A DNA stretch of 64,000 nucleotides from a virus: positions 3,206 through 67,205 of the IMG/VR virus record IMGVR_UViG_3300044612_002737. The stretch is one strand, 5' to 3'. Below, piece after piece: positions 16,443-27,000 of the stretch. Every line of letters starts with the position of its first letter. Position 1 is the stretch's first letter. A program made the position numbers and the translations under genes. The notes beneath the pieces are model-generated. The model made no database searches and was not told where the DNA came from. It worked only from the letters and a program-made list of their open reading frames with translations.

Positions 16443-18109
16443 GCTACATCTTCCCGCGGCGCGTCCTTCGGGCGCAGGACGTGCTCGACCCCATCGAGCT
16501 CACGCTCGACATCTCGCCGGCGGCCGAGCGGCTGTCGGGGCGGCTCAACGCGCACAACTTCAACCAGAACATCGCCGCCTCGGTGCCCGTCCAGGCCAAC
16601 ACGTTCTACTCGATGGGCCACTACGAGTTCGCCGTTCCATTCATCTGGACGGGCGCGAGCCCCAACTGGGGCTACCCGGACGCAGCGTTCGCGCCGGGCT
16701 TCGCCTACCAGGTCCAGAACAACTTCGAGTGGAACACCATCACGCAGACCGCGGGCGGCACGCCGGCGTCGTTCACGATCAACACGGGCAACAGCGTCCT
16801 ATGGATCAACGCCTACGCGCAGTACCTCTGGTACGGGTTTGACCGCACGTCGGCGTTCTGGACCGGCTGGGGCGCGCGTGAGCAGCACCGCCACGACGCT
16901 CAGTTCGAGCCCGCGAACATGCAGTTTGCCATCCGGGTGGACGGTAACATCATCCCCGAGACCATCACGGGCATCGACGACCTGACCTACCGCCCCTCGG
17001 TGCCGCTGAAGCCGAAAACCCAGCGCTCGGCCTCGTCGATCCTGCCCGGCCCTGCGGACATCCGCGGCGAGCAGACGGTGGCGCTCGGGCCGCCCTGCCT
17101 TCCGGTGCGCCTCGGCGCGCTGGTGCCCGTTCAGGCGGGCGCCCACACCATCGACATCGTCGTGCGCCGCGCCCCCCTGATCAACGCCAACAACATCAAG
17201 ACCTACAAGAGCAGCGACAAGGTCTACGTCTTCAGCCGCCAGCTCAACGTCATCGACCTCAAGAGCTTCCCGACCGACAGCGTCGGCGGCTCCGAGGTCT
17301 CGGCCCCGGCGTGGGACGAGGAAGAGCTCATCACGACGACGGAGATCTACACCGACCGCATGCAGCGCATCATCACGCGCAGCAACGCGATCCAGGAGGG
17401 CAACCTCTCTCGCGGCGCGCTGATGCACTACCACCTTCCGTCGCCGTTGCTCGGAGCCTACACGACCGAGGTCCACTACCCGACGGGTGAGGTCTTCAAC
17501 AACGTCATGCCGGGGCAGAGCTCTGACACGGTGACGCTGACCCACTACGCCGGCCTGCCGCCGTCGGGCTGGGCGCTCGTGACGGACTTCGGTGCCGCTC
17601 CGGGTGGTCCGCTCTACCTCTCTGCCATCCCGACCCTCACGGCGAAGAAGCTGCTCGTGCTCGCGAACGTGCAGGTCCGCAACATCCAAGGTGACACCGT
17701 CTCGGATCGGAGCAGCTTCGTCGCGGCGGACATCGCGGCCTTTGCGCTCTTCCGCATCATGTGGCAGTCCACGACAGAGGCACCGACGACCTGGCACTCC
17801 GGCACGGCGCCCGGCGACCCGCCGACGGCCGTCAGCGATGGCATGGTCAACAACTTCGTCTGGTGGCCGAGCGACCCGACGAGTGGCGCCGACCCAGCCA
17901 ACCCGCTGAAGCGCCTGCCGCTCAAGGCCTACGGCCTCGAGCAGGTCGAGGTTCCGCTGATGATGCTGCTTGATCTCTCGACGGTCAGCCCGGCGATCCC
18001 CGCGGTCAACATCGGCGTGTTCTGCGGGACGAGTGGCGGCTACGTCGGCGCCGACGTGCAGTTCGAGATTCGCTTCGGAAGCATCATCGCGCTTGCGCTG
18101 CGCGCGTAG
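16439..18109 (+). CDS. virion tail-associated structural protein (556 aa)
   Basis: ATGA coupling; beta-rich; in the tail module. Confidence 0.7.
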   Translation: MSYIFPRRVLRAQDVLDPIELTLDISPAAERLSGRLNAHNFNQNIAASVPVQANTFYSMGHYEFAVPFIWTGASPNWGYPDAAFAPGFAYQVQNNFEWNTITQTAGGTPASFTINTGNSVLWINAYAQYLWYGFDRTSAFWTGWGAREQHRHDAQFEPANMQFAIRVDGNIIPETITGIDDLTYRPSVPLKPKTQRSASSILPGPADIRGEQTVALGPPCLPVRLGALVPVQAGAHTIDIVVRRAPLINANNIKTYKSSDKVYVFSRQLNVIDLKSFPTDSVGGSEVSAPAWDEEELITTTEIYTDRMQRIITRSNAIQEGNLSRGALMHYHLPSPLLGAYTTEVHYPTGEVFNNVMPGQSSDTVTLTHYAGLPPSGWALVTDFGAAPGGPLYLSAIPTLTAKKLLVLANVQVRNIQGDTVSDRSSFVAADIAAFALFRIMWQSTTEAPTTWHSGTAPGDPPTAVSDGMVNNFVWWPSDPTSGADPANPLKRLPLKAYGLEQVEVPLMMLLDLSTVSPAIPAVNIGVFCGTSGGYVGADVQFEIRFGSIIALALRA

Positions 18110-18117
18110 GAGACGAC

Positions 18118-18927
18118 ATGGCGACCATCACCCCGGCGACCACCTACCCCGCCGGCGCGCTCAACATCGCGGGCCACAACGCCAACGTCTTCTCGACGAC
18201 CGCGGGCCAGGGCGTCATGTCCGAGCCGAACGGTGGCCTCGAGATCGCCAACCTCGACCCGTCGTTCGTCGTGCGCGACGAGCACGTCATGTCGGAAGAG
18301 GCCGTGATGGCGAAGGCCGAGGGCCTGACGATGCCGATGGACGTCTACAACAACGCCTTCGCCATGCGCGAAGAGGACGACCCCGTGTTCGTCCCCATCG
18401 GCGGCCTGTGCCAGCGGGTCTACATCCCGTACAACGTGTCGGCTGTCGTCTGGCAGTGGTCGTTCTACGTCGCGGTGTGGCGCCCGTTCATGGTGCGGAC
18501 GTTCGAGGACCAGCTTCTCGGAGCGGACATCCCACAGGTCTCGGTGCGCCTGTTCATCGATGGCACCGAGTACCAGGCGTTCCGTCGTCCGCTGCCCGTG
18601 TCGGCAGACCTGTTCCTGTCGAGTGTGGCGGGAGTGGGCGCCAGTGGATCGGCGGACGCGCAGATCAACTACGAGAACGTCTCGGCGGTCTGGTACGACA
18701 TCAGCAAGCTCCAGACCGCGGTCACCGCGGGCTACCACGAGCTCAGCATCAAGCTCTACATGCCGCGCGTCCACTTCAACAACGACGAAGACGAGACGCA
18801 GACCCAGGTCGGCGTGACGCGCTTTGCGACCACGCCAGTCAACGACGGCGACATCACCGTGCTCTCGACCGTACACACGCGCGTCACCCTCGGCAGCCGC
18901 AGCGTCCGATTCGTCATGTTCAAGTAG
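18118..18927 (+). CDS. virion structural protein (269 aa)
   Basis: AGGAG RBS; beta-rich; in the tail module. Confidence 0.7.
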   Translation: MATITPATTYPAGALNIAGHNANVFSTTAGQGVMSEPNGGLEIANLDPSFVVRDEHVMSEEAVMAKAEGLTMPMDVYNNAFAMREEDDPVFVPIGGLCQRVYIPYNVSAVVWQWSFYVAVWRPFMVRTFEDQLLGADIPQVSVRLFIDGTEYQAFRRPLPVSADLFLSSVAGVGASGSADAQINYENVSAVWYDISKLQTAVTAGYHELSIKLYMPRVHFNNDEDETQTQVGVTRFATTPVNDGDITVLSTVHTRVTLGSRSVRFVMFK

Positions 18928-18977
18928 CCCGTCGCGCGCAGCAGCGCAACACGATATACTCGGCGACGAGGTGAAAG

Positions 18978-19655
18978 ATGGCGGCTCTCCCTACCGCAAC
19001 CAGTCCAGGGCCCGGAGCGGCTGTCGGCCTCGGTAGCAAGGTGGCCGGGCAAACGCTCGGCGGCTTCTTCGGCGGCTCGGTTGGCAGCACCCTCGGCGGC
19101 ATGGTCGGTCAGGCGGCTGCCGACTACTTCAGCCCCCAGGCCCGCGCCCTACGCCAGCAGAGCGCGAAGGATGTCGCGGCGCTGAAGGAAGGGAAGCTTG
19201 GCTTCTCCGAGGCGGAGAAGAGCGGCATGCTGGCGCGCACCCTGCGCGGTCTCCAAGCAGGCGCGAAGGGCGCCGAGGACTATCTGCGGCGGCAGGCTGC
19301 GGCGGCCGGTGGCTTCGGTCGCAGCGGCGCGCAGACTCGCGCCCTCGGTCAGCTTGCGTCGGAGCGGGGTGAGCAGCTCGCGCAGCGCGCGGGCCAGATC
19401 GACGCGCTGTCCCAGGAGACGGCGCAGGAGCGCTTCAAGGACATCATGGGTCGCCTCAGCAAGAAGCGCGAAGAGCAGATGGAGCGTCTCGGTGGCGCAG
19501 CGCAGGCGCTGGCCAAGACGCCAGCTGCGTACGGTGTCGCGAGTCAGGCGGTCCAGAAGGCCGAAGAGGAACGCCTCAAGAAGTTCGCCGCCGACAAGGA
19601 AAAAGAGCAAAGCGCCGCCGCAGCGGCGCAAGCCGGCCGCGTGGCAGGGGAGTAG
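18978..19655 (+). CDS. putative DNA ejection/pilot protein
   Basis: Gly-rich hydrophobic N-terminus, GGFGRSG, A/Q-rich helices. Confidence 0.65.
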   Translation: MAALPTATSPGPGAAVGLGSKVAGQTLGGFFGGSVGSTLGGMVGQAAADYFSPQARALRQQSAKDVAALKEGKLGFSEAEKSGMLARTLRGLQAGAKGAEDYLRRQAAAAGGFGRSGAQTRALGQLASERGEQLAQRAGQIDALSQETAQERFKDIMGRLSKKREEQMERLGGAAQALAKTPAAYGVASQAVQKAEEERLKKFAADKEKEQSAAAAAQAGRVAGE

Positions 19656-19658
19656 AGC

Positions 19659-22600
19659 ATGGCATCACCGGTTTCCATCGGCGACCTCTACCTCGCAGGT
19701 CTTGCGGAAGAGTACGGCGACACTCCGTCTCTCGACCCCAAGCTCGTGGCTCAGCACGCCGCGCTGCTGAAGGTCTACGCCGATTTGGCGAAGGGCCTCG
19801 ACGCGACGCAGGCGAAGCGCGCCCTCGCGCAGCTCTCCGAGCAGCAGAAGGCGTTCGCCACCGTCACGAAGGCTCGCGCGTCTGTGGCTGAAACGCGCGC
19901 TAAGAGCAGTCGCGTCACGGCTCAAAACTTTCAGGACGCCATCGAGGCTGCGGAAAAAGTCGACGCCGCGCTGACGCTGAAGGCGAACGTCACCACGCCG
20001 CAGTACGAGGCGGCGGCGCGTTCCTTCACGCGGGCCAACGGTGGCGAAGCCGGAGCCGTCGCGGCAGCCCAGACGCTCACTTCATGGTTCGACGACTTCA
20101 CCAACCAGCCGTTGGGGCCGAGCCATCCGAACATCGACGTCATCATGAACCGCACGGCGGAGAAGCTGATCGGCGAACCGCTCACCGCCGAGTCGGCTCC
20201 GAGGCTCATCGCCGCGCTCGGGCAGGGTGGGTCTCAGCAGGTCCGGGACCGCTGGACCGAGCTCGTCAACGCAGGCGCCCTGCGCCGCGATGAGACGATG
20301 GCGCTTCAGGCCCAGAACCGCGCAGAGCTCGACAGCATCAAGGACGCGGCGGGCAAGTACGCGCGCATCCAGGCGGGGTCTCCAGGCGCAGTGTCCATCG
20401 AGGCGCAGCTCGACAAGTTCACCAGCGACCTCGGCCCTCGACTGATGAAGGCGCTCGGGCGCGACGCCGCGGACATCGCAGCCGAGCAGGAGCTCGTCGT
20501 CACGCAGAACGCCCAGCTCGAGAAGATCAAGGGCGAGGCGGACCGCCTCGGCGAGATCATCTACGGCGGCCAGAAGGCGGACCCCATCGCGCGTCTGGTC
20601 GCGAGCCCGCAGTTCCGTGAGTGGGCCGAGGCCAACGGGATGCAGCTCGGTCAGGCGTCCGTCGACCCGACGACTGGCGAGACCACCTACACCCCAGGTG
20701 CCCAAGACGCGAAGGCCATTGCGCTGTACAAGTGGCAGTCCGAGCACCCGGGGCGCTACAGCCCGATCCGGCGCAACAAGTCGACCGGAGCGTTCGTGCG
20801 CGTGACCGTCGAGGACCCGGCCGTCAGGGAGCGGGTCATCGCGAAGTATCGCGCCGCGAGCGGCAAGTTCTACATGGACACCAACGGCAACCTCGTGCCG
20901 CCCCAGGCCGCGGCCGAGGCGCTCGAGAAGGGCGGCTACGCGCCTTCCGTGGAGATGGCGACTGTGGGCGGGAAGGCGTACCTTCGCAAGGCGGACGGGA
21001 CCGTGCTCGACGCGTCCACGGGTCAGCCTGCGACGGCACCGGAGGGTGCGAAGTTCGTCCCGGCGCTCTACTACGGAGCTGACGGGTCGACGCGCTACCT
21101 GACGAACGACGACATCAGCACGCCCGACAAGGTGGCCGCGCTGTTCTCCGCATCCGAAGGGGCCGCGGGCTTCGGCGTGTTGGAGCCGAGCGACGCTGAG
21201 GCGCTCCAGAAGCACGCGCGCATGGCACCCCTCGCCGAGCGCACCGAAGACCAGATGCGCAGCACCTGGACGAACACGGTCTCTGGCTACCTCGACGCCA
21301 AGCACGCCGCGGACTACTCCGACCCCAACTTCGGGGGCGACACCATCTCACTGGATGGCGGCGCGATCCGCATCCCCGGTGGCGTACCCGCGACCATCGA
21401 GATCCTCGAGACGAAGGACCGCTTCTCTCTCGGCGACGTTGCGAAGGGTTGGCGCCGTCGCATGAGCGAGGCGCACGCCGAGAAGCTCGCGGCGCAGGGC
21501 GTCCCGCAAGCAGACACGGCGTACCTCACCGGGCTCGCGCAGGAAGCTCGCGCAGAGTTCCTGGAGCGCCCGCCCGAGGCGGTTGCGCCTCCGACCACGG
21601 TCAAGATCCCAACGACGACCGCGGGCGGCGTCGAGACAGGCGTTACGGTGCCCATCGCGTCTCCGGCTGCTGCGGCAGCTCGGGCTATGGGCAAGACCGC
21701 GCCTTCGACGGCTACGGCGCAGATCCTTCAGGCCCCCGACGGGAAGCGCTACCGGTACGATACGGTGGCCCAAACGGTCACGCTGCTCGATCCGAAGGCG
21801 GGCGAGAAGAGCTCATGGACAATGGCCGACGTCGGAGAAATCAGCGCCGACTTGGCGCGCGCAGAGGTAGTCGACTTCGAGGGTCCGACCGGTGACGTGT
21901 CCCCCGAAGCGGCGACGCCCGAAGCGGCGCCGACCGCAGCCGCCCCAGCGACGCCTCCCGCCCCTGCGGCTCCTGCCGCACCGCCGGCTCCGCCGGTGTT
22001 CCCAGAGGCGGCGCGTCGTCCCGAGGCGCCCTCTCCCCGTGTGACGCTCGTGCCGCCCGCGGCGCAGGCCATCGTAGACCGCACCGGCGAGCGCACCTCC
22101 GTCGGTCAGCGCATCGGCGCTGCGGCAGCGGAGCTGTTCATCCCAGGCCGCCGCGGCGAGAGCGACGAGGCGGCTGCCGCGGGTGGTGGTGGTGGTGGGG
22201 CAGCGGCCCCGGGCGGCACCGCGCCCACGACCGGCCCGGCCGCGCCGCAGCGTGGTGAGGCTGGAGCCGCGCGCCGCCGTCCGATCCGCGACCTCATCGA
22301 GCGCCTGCGCGGCCGCGGACCCGATGAGGGGATGCGCGCCGCGGACAAGAAGTTTGCCGAGGACGAGAAGAAGGCGGCGGAGCGCACCAAGGAGCGTGAG
22401 CGCCTCGGAGCCATCGGCGAGATGCCGGTGGCGCGCACGGATGTACTCACCGAGGCTCCCGACGTGACCGGAGCCAAGACGACGTCGACGCGAGAGGGCG
22501 CTCGCCCATCGGCGGCTCGCTTCGGCGCTGAGGGTACGCCCGAGAGTGAGGCGATCATGCGCGGCCGCGACGAGGCGCTCATGGGCCTCATTGGTCGGCG

Positions 22601-23153
22601 CACCAGCGAGGCTGGCCGCGGACAGGGGGGCTACGTGCCGCAGTTCGGCGACCTCGCGCGGCAGTACAAGGATCTCCAGGGGCTGAAGCAGTTCAACCCG
22701 TCGCTGTATGCGCAGGAGACCCGCAAGCTCGCCGACGAGGCGCGAGAGCGGCTCCGCACTCCACGCAGCATCGAGGGCAAGGGTGCACTGCCGGCGGGCG
22801 GGCGCGTCTTCGGCAAGGGCTCCGTGATCGAGGGCGAGACCCCGGTCGTGCGGCTGCCCAGCTCTGAGACCGAGCTCGCGACGTCGCCGTTCCTGGCCCG
22901 GATCTTCGAAGGTCGCCAGGCGAGGGAAGCGGTTGGCGCCGCCCCCATCACGACCGCGGAAAGGCCGGAGCCCCGCGAAGCCGCGCCTCAGCAGGTCGAC
23001 CGCGCGTCGCTCGACGCCCTGACGAAGAAGACCGCAGGCGACATCGCCACCATGAAGACACGAGAGGAGCGTGCGGCCGGGTCGAAGAAGAAGCTCGCGA
23101 CGTTCCAGCAGCTTCAGGAAGAGGCCCGCAAGGAACGCATGGGAGGTATGTGA
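19659..23153 (+). CDS. putative internal virion/ejection protein (1164 aa)
   Basis: Ala-rich helical with Pro/Ala linkers; between pilot and giant protein. Confidence 0.7.
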   Translation: MASPVSIGDLYLAGLAEEYGDTPSLDPKLVAQHAALLKVYADLAKGLDATQAKRALAQLSEQQKAFATVTKARASVAETRAKSSRVTAQNFQDAIEAAEKVDAALTLKANVTTPQYEAAARSFTRANGGEAGAVAAAQTLTSWFDDFTNQPLGPSHPNIDVIMNRTAEKLIGEPLTAESAPRLIAALGQGGSQQVRDRWTELVNAGALRRDETMALQAQNRAELDSIKDAAGKYARIQAGSPGAVSIEAQLDKFTSDLGPRLMKALGRDAADIAAEQELVVTQNAQLEKIKGEADRLGEIIYGGQKADPIARLVASPQFREWAEANGMQLGQASVDPTTGETTYTPGAQDAKAIALYKWQSEHPGRYSPIRRNKSTGAFVRVTVEDPAVRERVIAKYRAASGKFYMDTNGNLVPPQAAAEALEKGGYAPSVEMATVGGKAYLRKADGTVLDASTGQPATAPEGAKFVPALYYGADGSTRYLTNDDISTPDKVAALFSASEGAAGFGVLEPSDAEALQKHARMAPLAERTEDQMRSTWTNTVSGYLDAKHAADYSDPNFGGDTISLDGGAIRIPGGVPATIEILETKDRFSLGDVAKGWRRRMSEAHAEKLAAQGVPQADTAYLTGLAQEARAEFLERPPEAVAPPTTVKIPTTTAGGVETGVTVPIASPAAAAARAMGKTAPSTATAQILQAPDGKRYRYDTVAQTVTLLDPKAGEKSSWTMADVGEISADLARAEVVDFEGPTGDVSPEAATPEAAPTAAAPATPPAPAAPAAPPAPPVFPEAARRPEAPSPRVTLVPPAAQAIVDRTGERTSVGQRIGAAAAELFIPGRRGESDEAAAAGGGGGGAAAPGGTAPTTGPAAPQRGEAGAARRRPIRDLIERLRGRGPDEGMRAADKKFAEDEKKAAERTKERERLGAIGEMPVARTDVLTEAPDVTGAKTTSTREGARPSAARFGAEGTPESEAIMRGRDEALMGLIGRRTSEAGRGQGGYVPQFGDLARQYKDLQGLKQFNPSLYAQETRKLADEARERLRTPRSIEGKGALPAGGRVFGKGSVIEGETPVVRLPSSETELATSPFLARIFEGRQAREAVGAAPITTAERPEPREAAPQQVDRASLDALTKKTAGDIATMKTREERAAGSKKKLATFQQLQEEARKERMGGM

Positions 23154-23953
23154 TGGGTCGCGTCAACACCAGCAACAAGCCCACCGCCACGCCGGCCCCC
23201 CAAGTAGCCGCCGCGCCGAAGCTCGCACCAGCCCCAGAGGCCAAGACCGCGGCGCCTGCGCCGAAGCCGCCGAAGAAGGCGGCACCAGCGCCGGCACCAG
23301 CGCCGGCGCCCGCACCGGCGGTCGAGCCTGTGGCCTCGGCGCCGAGGCCCATCGTAAGGATGGGGATGACGTTCGGCCCAACCGAAACCGCCCCCATGAA
23401 CCCACAGGACGACTTCTACACCCGCAAGATGCGCGAGGTCGAGGCTCTTCGCGAGCGACGTGCTTTGGGCCCTAAAGAGATGACGCTACCGCTGGTACCT
23501 GGCTACCGCAGCGCCGCGGCCTATGGAGGAACGGGGTCTACGGGCGGGACCGTGACCCTCCCAGCCGCCGGAGATTACAGCCTGAAGATGGAGCCGCAGC
23601 CGGGGTTGCCGCGCACATTCTCCGCGCGCGCCACACCTGAAGCCATGACCGTTACGACCAGCAACCAAGAAGAGTTTGTTCGTCGCGGCGAAAGGCTTGG
23701 AGAGCGCTACGCGTCTCTTCGGCGGACCCTGCTGGACCTGGCCGACACGCGACGGGAGCTCGAGGCGCTCAAGCGTACTGGAGCACCGGCGGCCACCGAA
23801 ACCGCGCTGTACGGGGGCACGACCGACGAGCGCCTGAAGAGTCTGGCGAGCCGCACTCAGCGCGTCAACCAGGACTTGGTGCAAACACTGGCCGACCTTC
23901 GAGAGTTCGGTATCAACGAGCGCGAAGCCAAGGAGCAATACGGGAACCGATAG
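23153..23953 (+). CDS. hypothetical protein with Pro-Ala repeats
   Basis: GGAGG RBS, TGATG coupling. Confidence 0.65.
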   Translation: MGRVNTSNKPTATPAPQVAAAPKLAPAPEAKTAAPAPKPPKKAAPAPAPAPAPAPAVEPVASAPRPIVRMGMTFGPTETAPMNPQDDFYTRKMREVEALRERRALGPKEMTLPLVPGYRSAAAYGGTGSTGGTVTLPAAGDYSLKMEPQPGLPRTFSARATPEAMTVTTSNQEEFVRRGERLGERYASLRRTLLDLADTRRELEALKRTGAPAATETALYGGTTDERLKSLASRTQRVNQDLVQTLADLREFGINEREAKEQYGNR

Positions 23954-24054
23954 CCCACACGCTACATGAGTCACCTCGACAGCATCGCTGCCGGGGGTTC
24001 GTGTTGCCCTTACCAAGCGCGTCGCGTTGCGTTATACTCGCCTGACCCGAGGGC

Positions 24055-27000
24055 ATGATGGCGAACCCGCAGCTCGACAAGTTCCTCAAGGAAGCCGCAG
24101 CCCAGAAGGCGGCGACCCAGGCTCCTGCCGCGGTCAAGCCCGTCGCCGCGGCGCCCAAGCCCCCGGTGCTCGCCGTTTCGCCTACCGCTCCAGTCAAGGC
24201 CGCAGCGGCTGTAGAGCGTAGCGCCCCCAGTGCTGAACCTGTAACCCCCTCGGCCGAGGACGTCAAGAAGGCCGAGAAGATGCGCGCAGATCTTCTCGAG
24301 GAGCTGCCGCTCGAGGACTTCTACAAAGAAGCGGCACGGGTTCCTCTCACGGACATCGCCGTCGAATCCTACGCGCGCAAGACCAAGCTCCCGGTAGATC
24401 GGTTCACGTCGCTCGCAGGCGCTCAGGGCATCGACGTCGAGGACATGGCGCAGAAGGCGCGCGAGGGCGTTCCGTTCGCCGAGTACCGCCGCACCCGTGA
24501 CGGCGTCATCGGGTTCAAGCCGGCGGCCGAGCGCTTCACCGAGCTGGATCGTGTCGCATCGGACTACCAGACCGCCGAGCGTGGCGAGGCGCCCCAGCGC
24601 ACCATCGGTATCCAGAAGGCCCAGGAGACGACCACCAGCCTTCCCGTGTTCGGCGAGGGCTACGAGGTCGGCGGCACCACCCCTGATGAGATCATCGAGA
24701 CGACGAAGCCCGGCGAGCACCAGTACAGCATCGCCGCGCAGTTCATCGACTCGTTCGAGAAGGCGAACCCGGATGTCGTCAGCCTGACCGATATGTACGG
24801 TCAGAACGCCGGCCCCGGCAACACGCAGAAGTGGATCGAGAAGTACGTCAAGATGCAGGTCCGAAACCGCGGTCTGACGGCGGCGTCGGAGGACATCGAC
24901 GAGCAGATGGGCAAACTGCGTCGCGACGCGGTCTACTACATCCTCTCCAAGAAGACCATTGGGCAGTGGACGCCCGGCGTCTTCGTCAAGGACGTGCAGA
25001 TCACGGACGCTGAGCGGGCGAAGCCGCTCGGCACCGGAGAGGGATTCGGCGCGGGCGTGCGCGACACCTTTGCCGCTATGGCCCCGAACGTCGAGATCGT
25101 CGGCTTCAACAACAAGGGCCAGGCCGTCGTCCGTCAGGAGAGCCCGGCCGGTACGGCGCTGCGCCTGCTCGACGTCCTCGGCGTGTCGCCCGTCGGCAAG
25201 GTCAAGGGTGTGCCGGTCGTGATCCCCGGCCAGTCTGCGATCTCGGGCCTCATCACCAAGGACAAGGACGAAGGTTACCTCGAGGCCGCGCTGCGCGGCG
25301 TGCAGACCGGCGCGACGTTCATCGACGCGGCGCTGGACGAGACGAAGGGTCGGTCCACGCCTGTGCGTGCGGCCGCGGGCCTCGCGGCGCTCGTGCCGAC
25401 GGTCCTCTACCCCGACGTCACCGGAGCCGCGGAAGGCGCGTACACGGCGGCGAAGGCGTACCGTCGAGTTCTTCAGGATCGCAAGATCGCGAAGGCTGCG
25501 GCACCGCTGCTTGACGAGCTGGTCGCCGCGCTGAAGGCCGGCGACTACGAGAAGGCCACCAAGGTTGAGTCGGCCATCCGGTCGCACCCCGAGCTGAGCA
25601 AGGGCAACCACGGGGTCATGCAAGCGCAGATGAGCATGGACGCGCAGGTCGTCGAGAAGCTCAAGGCGATGAACCCCGAGCTCGCCAGTCTGACCCCGAC
25701 GCTCGGGGACGAGCTCATCACGGTCGGCGTGAACCAGAGCCCTGAGCTGGCCGAGGCCATCTACGGCGAGGCGGTCAAGGGCTACCCGTTCCTGCACTTC
25801 TCCAAGAAGGCCCCGGAGCTGGCGGCCCGGTCAGAGAAGGAAGGCATCGGGCCGACGCTCGAGGCTTACGTCAACTCCGGCGACTTCGGCCGCCACTTCC
25901 AGCGCATCGAGCGCGCCAAGGCGGCGTTCCTCAAGGCTGCGCCGAAGAACTCGGCCGAGGCCATCGACCAGGCAGTCAGCGGTCTCGCGGCCAACCTTCG
26001 TGCCAAGAGCGCCGACGTGCTGCGCCTTGGCGGAGCGCCGGCGGCGGACGCTCCGCGATACGACCGACTGGCGAAGCTGCTCGAAGACAACAAGGCGGCC
26101 ATCATCGCTGACCCGAAGGCCGCTTTCGGGAAGGACGGTGTGCTCCGCCAAGCGATCAAGGCCGACCCTGTTGTGGGCGCAGACGACGCCCGTGAGTTCC
26201 GCGCTGCGTTCTACCCGCAGGCCGCGCGTCTGTCGGGCCGCATCGAGGCGCTGAAGACGGTCGACTTCAACACCCTGTACCAGAACGACCTCAAGGTGTT
26301 CGACCGTGCGCGCGAGGCCGTCGAGGCCAACATCAAGAGCCGCATGATGGCGGCGGAGCTCCTCAAGCGTGAGCTCGGGACGCGCGCCAAGATCAACGTC
26401 GTGCCCACCGAGATCCTCGATGATCTGATGGAGCCGGGGACGGAGCGCCTGTCGGCCTTCGCCACGGCGAAGTTCATTCAGACCATGCAGCAGCTTCCGA
26501 AGGCCGCCGACCGCAAGGCGTGGCTCGCGGCGTTCCAGACCATGGACAAGATGCTCCGTGGTGCGGCGGAGCTCCGTGGCGTGCCGGTCGACACGTACTG
26601 GCGCTCCATCGACATCCGCGTGGTCGACGGCAAGCCCGTGTTCGTGAAGGGTGAAGACGTTGTGTCGGCCCCCAAGGGTCCGGGGCCGTTGGACGGCTTC
26701 GTCGACGTGGCGGACGTCCAGACGGCTGTCGCCCGTCTGCGGGGCGCCCTGGCCGGCACTGACCCGTCGTACCGACTCAAGTCGCTGCTCCGCGCTGACG
26801 GTAGCCAGGCAGGCGGCGAGGTCGCCGTCGGCGATGTGGTCGTGCGCGCCATCCGAAGCCCGCAGCCGGGCGCTCCCTACCGTGTCGAGGTGTTCGTCGG
26901 GGCGCAGCAGAAGGCTGCGTTCACGAGCACGGGCAAGCTCGAGGATGCCATCAACGAGGGTATCGACGAGGCGCAGAACGCGATGACAGGTCGCGTCGCA

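Noticed and set aside
22182-22200. (GGT)n tract and nearby Pro-Ala tandem repeats as phase-variation sites
   Set aside because: Units are multiples of three encoding flexible linkers, so slippage would not shift the frame
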